A DNA stretch of 14,173 nucleotides from a virus (Duplodnaviria; Heunggongvirae; Uroviricota; Caudoviricetes). Under the pieces are notes generated by a model, which was not told the origin of the DNA, searched no databases, and worked only from the letters and a program-made list of their open reading frames with translations. A program made the translations under genes and the position numbers. The stretch lies in the IMG/VR virus record IMGVR_UViG_3300019487_000021; one strand, written 5' to 3'. Positions 13,519 through 14,173 of the stretch are shown here, in pieces (the first letter of the stretch is position 1; each line of letters opens with the position of its first letter).

Positions 13519-14010
13519 TCATTGATCGATCATTGCAATCAATTCGTGAGTTGCCGTCCATGCCAACTTGTATTCTACGCAAGTTTGGCGGTCGGCAATC
13601 ATCGCCAGTTGTTCCATGATGCGAAATAGTTTGTGCCAAAGGACAAACAACTCTTGATTTCGTGGAAATCCAACAAGATACTCATGTCCAAACTCCGCAG
13701 GCGCACCTGGCGAACTTGGACTCCACTGTGAAAACACACTTGCACACCGTCCGTGCAAACGAGAAGCTGTTTTGATCACGTGTTCCGCACTATTCGGGAG
13801 TGTGAACATTCCATGGACTCCAGCAACGCTGGCCTTGTTAGACGAAATGACCATTTTTGATTCTACTATCAAGTCGAGCACAAGGCGGTTGACATGATCG
13901 AAATAATGACGTAATGCCAGCACTACCGGTGTATATTCCTGTTCAACCTGCACTGGAACATCTAAGTCGGCGATAGGTAAGTCGGCGATAGGTATGAGTT
14001 GTGATGACAT
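13519..14010 (-). CDS. HRYxHL-family divergent paralog G (163 aa)
   Basis: VLALRHYFDHV; C-terminal GFPRNQELFVLWHKLFRIMEQL; ends LIAMIDQ. Confidence 0.82.
   Translation of the reverse strand: MSSQLIPIADLPIADLDVPVQVEQEYTPVVLALRHYFDHVNRLVLDLIVESKMVISSNKASVAGVHGMFTLPNSAEHVIKTASRLHGRCASVFSQWSPSSPGAPAEFGHEYLVGFPRNQELFVLWHKLFRIMEQLAMIADRQTCVEYKLAWTATHELIAMIDQ
13963..13994. repeat. 15-bp in-frame tandem duplication (PIADL x2) near a gene 5' end
   Basis: TAAGTCGGCGATAGG x2 plus TA. Confidence 0.9.
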
Positions 14011-14053
14011 TGGCGATCGATCAATAGATCCCTGAGTTCGTTAATATGACGAT

Positions 14054-14173
14054 AAACCGATACAAACCGATACAAACCGATACAAACCGATACAAACCGA
14101 TACAAACCGATACAAACCGATACAAACCGATACAAACCGATACAAACCGATACAAACCGATACAAACCGATAC
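14054..14173. repeat. perfect 10-bp tandem array (AAACCGATAC)x12, truncated by the window end
   Basis: 12 identical units counted from 14054 to 14173. Confidence 0.97.

Larger units (their letters stand above)
12810..13543. repeat. dispersed direct repeats at gene junctions (16 bp and 22 bp exact)
   Basis: CTTCACAACGTGCTCA at 12810-12825 and 13506-13521; TTGATCGATCATTGCAATCAAT at 13086-13107 and 13522-13543. Confidence 0.9.

Noticed and set aside
7648-14010. Integron cassette array or diversity-generating retroelement explaining the paralogs
   Set aside because: No attC-like palindromes at the junctions, many genes overlap directly, and there is no integrase, reverse transcriptase or TR/VR pair in the window.
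13962-14165. ORF MYRFVSVCIGL... (67 aa)
   Set aside because: It is just the translation of the 10-bp tandem array.
1-14173. Stop-codon reassignment (code 15 or 4)
   Set aside because: Standard code already gives near-complete coding density, and TAA, TAG and TGA all end genes directly before the next RBS or start.

Overview
Gene-dense prokaryotic-type DNA (Shine-Dalgarno motifs, ATGA/TGATG/TAATG gene overlaps, mostly short orphan ORFs), most consistent with an accessory region of a large dsDNA bacteriophage. That assignment is inference: the window has no capsid, terminase or polymerase gene. The left part (1-7619, + strand) carries small hypotheticals, an OB-fold-less ATP-dependent ligase-type nucleotidyltransferase, a 415-aa orphan, a DUF932-like protein and a lambda-phosphatase-like metallophosphoesterase. 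The right part (7648-14173, mostly - strand) carries an SLT lytic transglycosylase and the most striking feature: 7-8 diverged paralogous 115-165 aa genes sharing an N-terminal 'AL-x-HRY-x-HL' motif and a C-terminal '[YF]P[KR]xxEL' plus amphipathic helix around a hypervariable middle. The same region has several perfect tandem duplications at gene termini, a repeated gene-junction motif, a truncated class-II-tRNA-like element antisense to its neighbours, recurrent TAAATA motifs before gene starts, and a 10-bp x12 array running off the window end.
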